64,000 nucleotides of DNA from Macrostomum lignano (lineage: Eukaryota): positions 124,001-188,000 of the forward strand of contig NIVC01000387.1 of NCBI GenBank assembly GCA_002269645.1, written 5' to 3'. The notes below the pieces were generated by a model that worked only from the letters and a program-made list of their open reading frames with translations, was not told where the DNA came from and did no database searches. Made by a program: the position numbers and the translations under genes. Below are positions 62,330-64,000 of this stretch, in pieces. The first letter of the stretch is position 1. Every line of letters begins with the position of its first letter.

Positions 62330-63684
62330 TTGTCTCCCAGGTGTTGCAGAATTTGCAGCATTTTGCCATTGCTTTCGGTAACCTCCCGCATTTGCTCCTG
62401 AAGCTTGGTGAACTTCTCCCTGAAATCAGTCAAGGACGGCTGCTGCTGACTCTGCCTGGCTAATGGGGCTGCTGCTGCTGACTCTGACTGGCTAATGGGG
62501 CTGCTGCTGCTGACTCTGACTGGCTAATGGGGCTGCTGCTGCTGACTCTGACTGGCTAATGGGGCTGCTGCTGCTGACTCTGCCTGGCTAATGGGGCTGC
62601 TGCTGCTGACTCTGACTGGCTAATGGGGCTGCTGCTGCTGACTCTGACTGGCTAATGGGGCTGCTGCTGCTGACTCTGACTGGCTAATGGGGCTGCTGCT
62701 GACTCTGACTGGCTAATGGGGCTGCTGCTGACTCTGACTAGCTAATGGGGCTGCTGCTGCTGACTCTGACTGGCTAATGGGGCTGCTGCTGCTGACTCTG
62801 ACTGGCTAATGGGGCTGCTGCTGCTGACTCTGACTGGCTAATGGGGCTGCTGCTGACTCTGACTGGCTAATGGGGCTGCTGCTGACTCTGACTAGCTAAT
62901 GGGGCTGCTGCTGCTGACTCTGACTGGCTAATGGGGCTGCTGCTGCTGACTCTGACTGGCTAATGGGGCTGCTGCTGACTCTGACTGGCTAATGGGGCTG
63001 CTGCTGACTCTGACTAGCTAATGGGGCTGCTGCTGCTGACTCTGACTGGCTAATGGGGCTGCTGCTGCTGACTCTGACTGGCTAATGGGGCTGCTGCTGC
63101 TGACTCTGACTGGCTAATGGGGCTGCTGCTGACTCTGACTGGCTAATGGGGCTGCTGCTGACTCTGACTGGCTAATGGGGCTGCTGCTGACTCTGACTGG
63201 CTAATGGGGCTGCTGCTGCTGACTCTGACTGGCTAATGGGGCTGCTGCTGCTGACTCTGACTGGCTAATGGGGCTGCTGCTGCTGACTCTGACTGGCTAA
63301 TGGGGCTGCTGCTGACTCTGACTAGCTAATGGGGCTGCTGCTGCTGACTCTGACTGGCTAATGGGGCTGCTGCTGACTCTGCCTGGCTAATGGGGCGGCT
63401 GCTGACTCTGCTGATGAGAATGAGAAATGATGAGGATTGCAAGGATCAAAAAACGGGGTGACCCCCATGACGAAAGACTCACTCCAGCTCTTGCAGCTTC
63501 TCGCTCACTGCAGCGCCGTCCTGCTCCTTGTCTCCATTGTCCCTGATGCCAGCCGAGTCGGTGGCCAAAGCGGACACCGGCGTGGAGTGGTCGTCGCTCT
63601 CCGGATAGCGGCGCAGGTAGCGGTCAGTGGCGCGCTGCTCGATGGCTGAGAGTCGCTGATGCTGATTCTGGTCCAGCTCCATGG
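62330..63684 (-). CDS. Two internal exons of a coiled-coil protein continuing beyond the window; tentatively a TRPM-like channel C-terminus
   Basis: Exons 63684-63483 (ctgcag|cc..ctgga|gtgagt) and 62419-62330 (tttcag|g..gacaa|gtgagc) join in phase. Translation: MELDQNQHQRLSAIEQRATDRYLRRY...EKLQELEEKFTKLQEQMREVTESNGKMLQIL. It resembles by eye the TRPM 'L..E..L...E....ENYL' helix followed by the tetramerisation coil. The next exon could not be fixed. Confidence 0.5.
62440..63412. repeat. 29/32-bp minisatellite (ctgctgctg[ctg]actctgactggctaatgggg) in the intron of the coiled-coil gene
   Basis: About 32 copies. Confidence 0.96.
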
Positions 63685-63849
63685 CTGCAGGGAGAAGCGG
63701 GCGGATTGAGTGAGAAGAGGAAGGCTTGCCCCACTTGGGTAACCGTATCAACTTTCACGAATTCGACACGAGCTCATGTGGATCCCCAATAGTTCAGAGT
63801 ACGATGGATTCTGTATCTAGGGTCCGTATCTAGGGTCTTCATCCAAAAT

Positions 63850-64000
63850 CACTATCCAGCAGTGTCTATATCCAGTGTTACTATCCAGTGTCTATATCCA
63901 TAGTTACTATCCAGTGTCACTATCCAGTGTCTCTATCCATAGTTACTATCCAGTGTCACTATCCAGTGTCTCTATCCAGTGTCACTATCCAGTGTCTATA
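63850..64000. repeat. tatccagtgtc-type repeat, runs off the window edge
   Basis: Direct reading of the sequence. Confidence 0.9.

Overview
Eukaryotic (animal) genomic DNA. GC-rich exons, introns filled with minisatellites and (CTGT)n tracts suggest the flatworm Macrostomum or a relative; this is inference only. Five spliced genes could be reconstructed by hand with consistent GT-AG phases. (1) The 3' exon of UBA5 (+). (2) A four-exon C2H2 / WRKY-GCM-like / MULE / SWIM gene that looks like a domesticated, catalytically dead Mutator transposase (+, about 2.2-4.8 kb). (3) A complete 7-exon DOT1L H3K79 methyltransferase (-, 20588-6016), whose AT-rich exon 1 lies 10 kb upstream across a TE-filled intron. 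(4) A complete 22-exon, about 2419-aa full-size ABCA transporter (-, 42813-22627). (5) A complete 4-exon neuromedin-U/capa-type GPCR (+, 47981-58991). Two internal exons of a coiled-coil, possibly TRPM-like, gene enter from the right edge. Mobile DNA includes an LTR with a tRNA-Leu primer-binding site, two SINE families, RNase H-bearing, RTE-like and CR1-like LINE fragments, and several MITEs. Most long ORFs in the supplied track are repeat-derived or antisense artefacts. There is no CRISPR array, rRNA or true tRNA gene. Main leads: the domesticated MULE gene; CpG-depleted, TpA-rich domains covering the 5' ends of DOT1L and ABCA; an antisense LTR promoter dense in transcription-factor sites inside DOT1L intron 1; and an apparent loss of the GDF SAM-binding motif in DOT1L.
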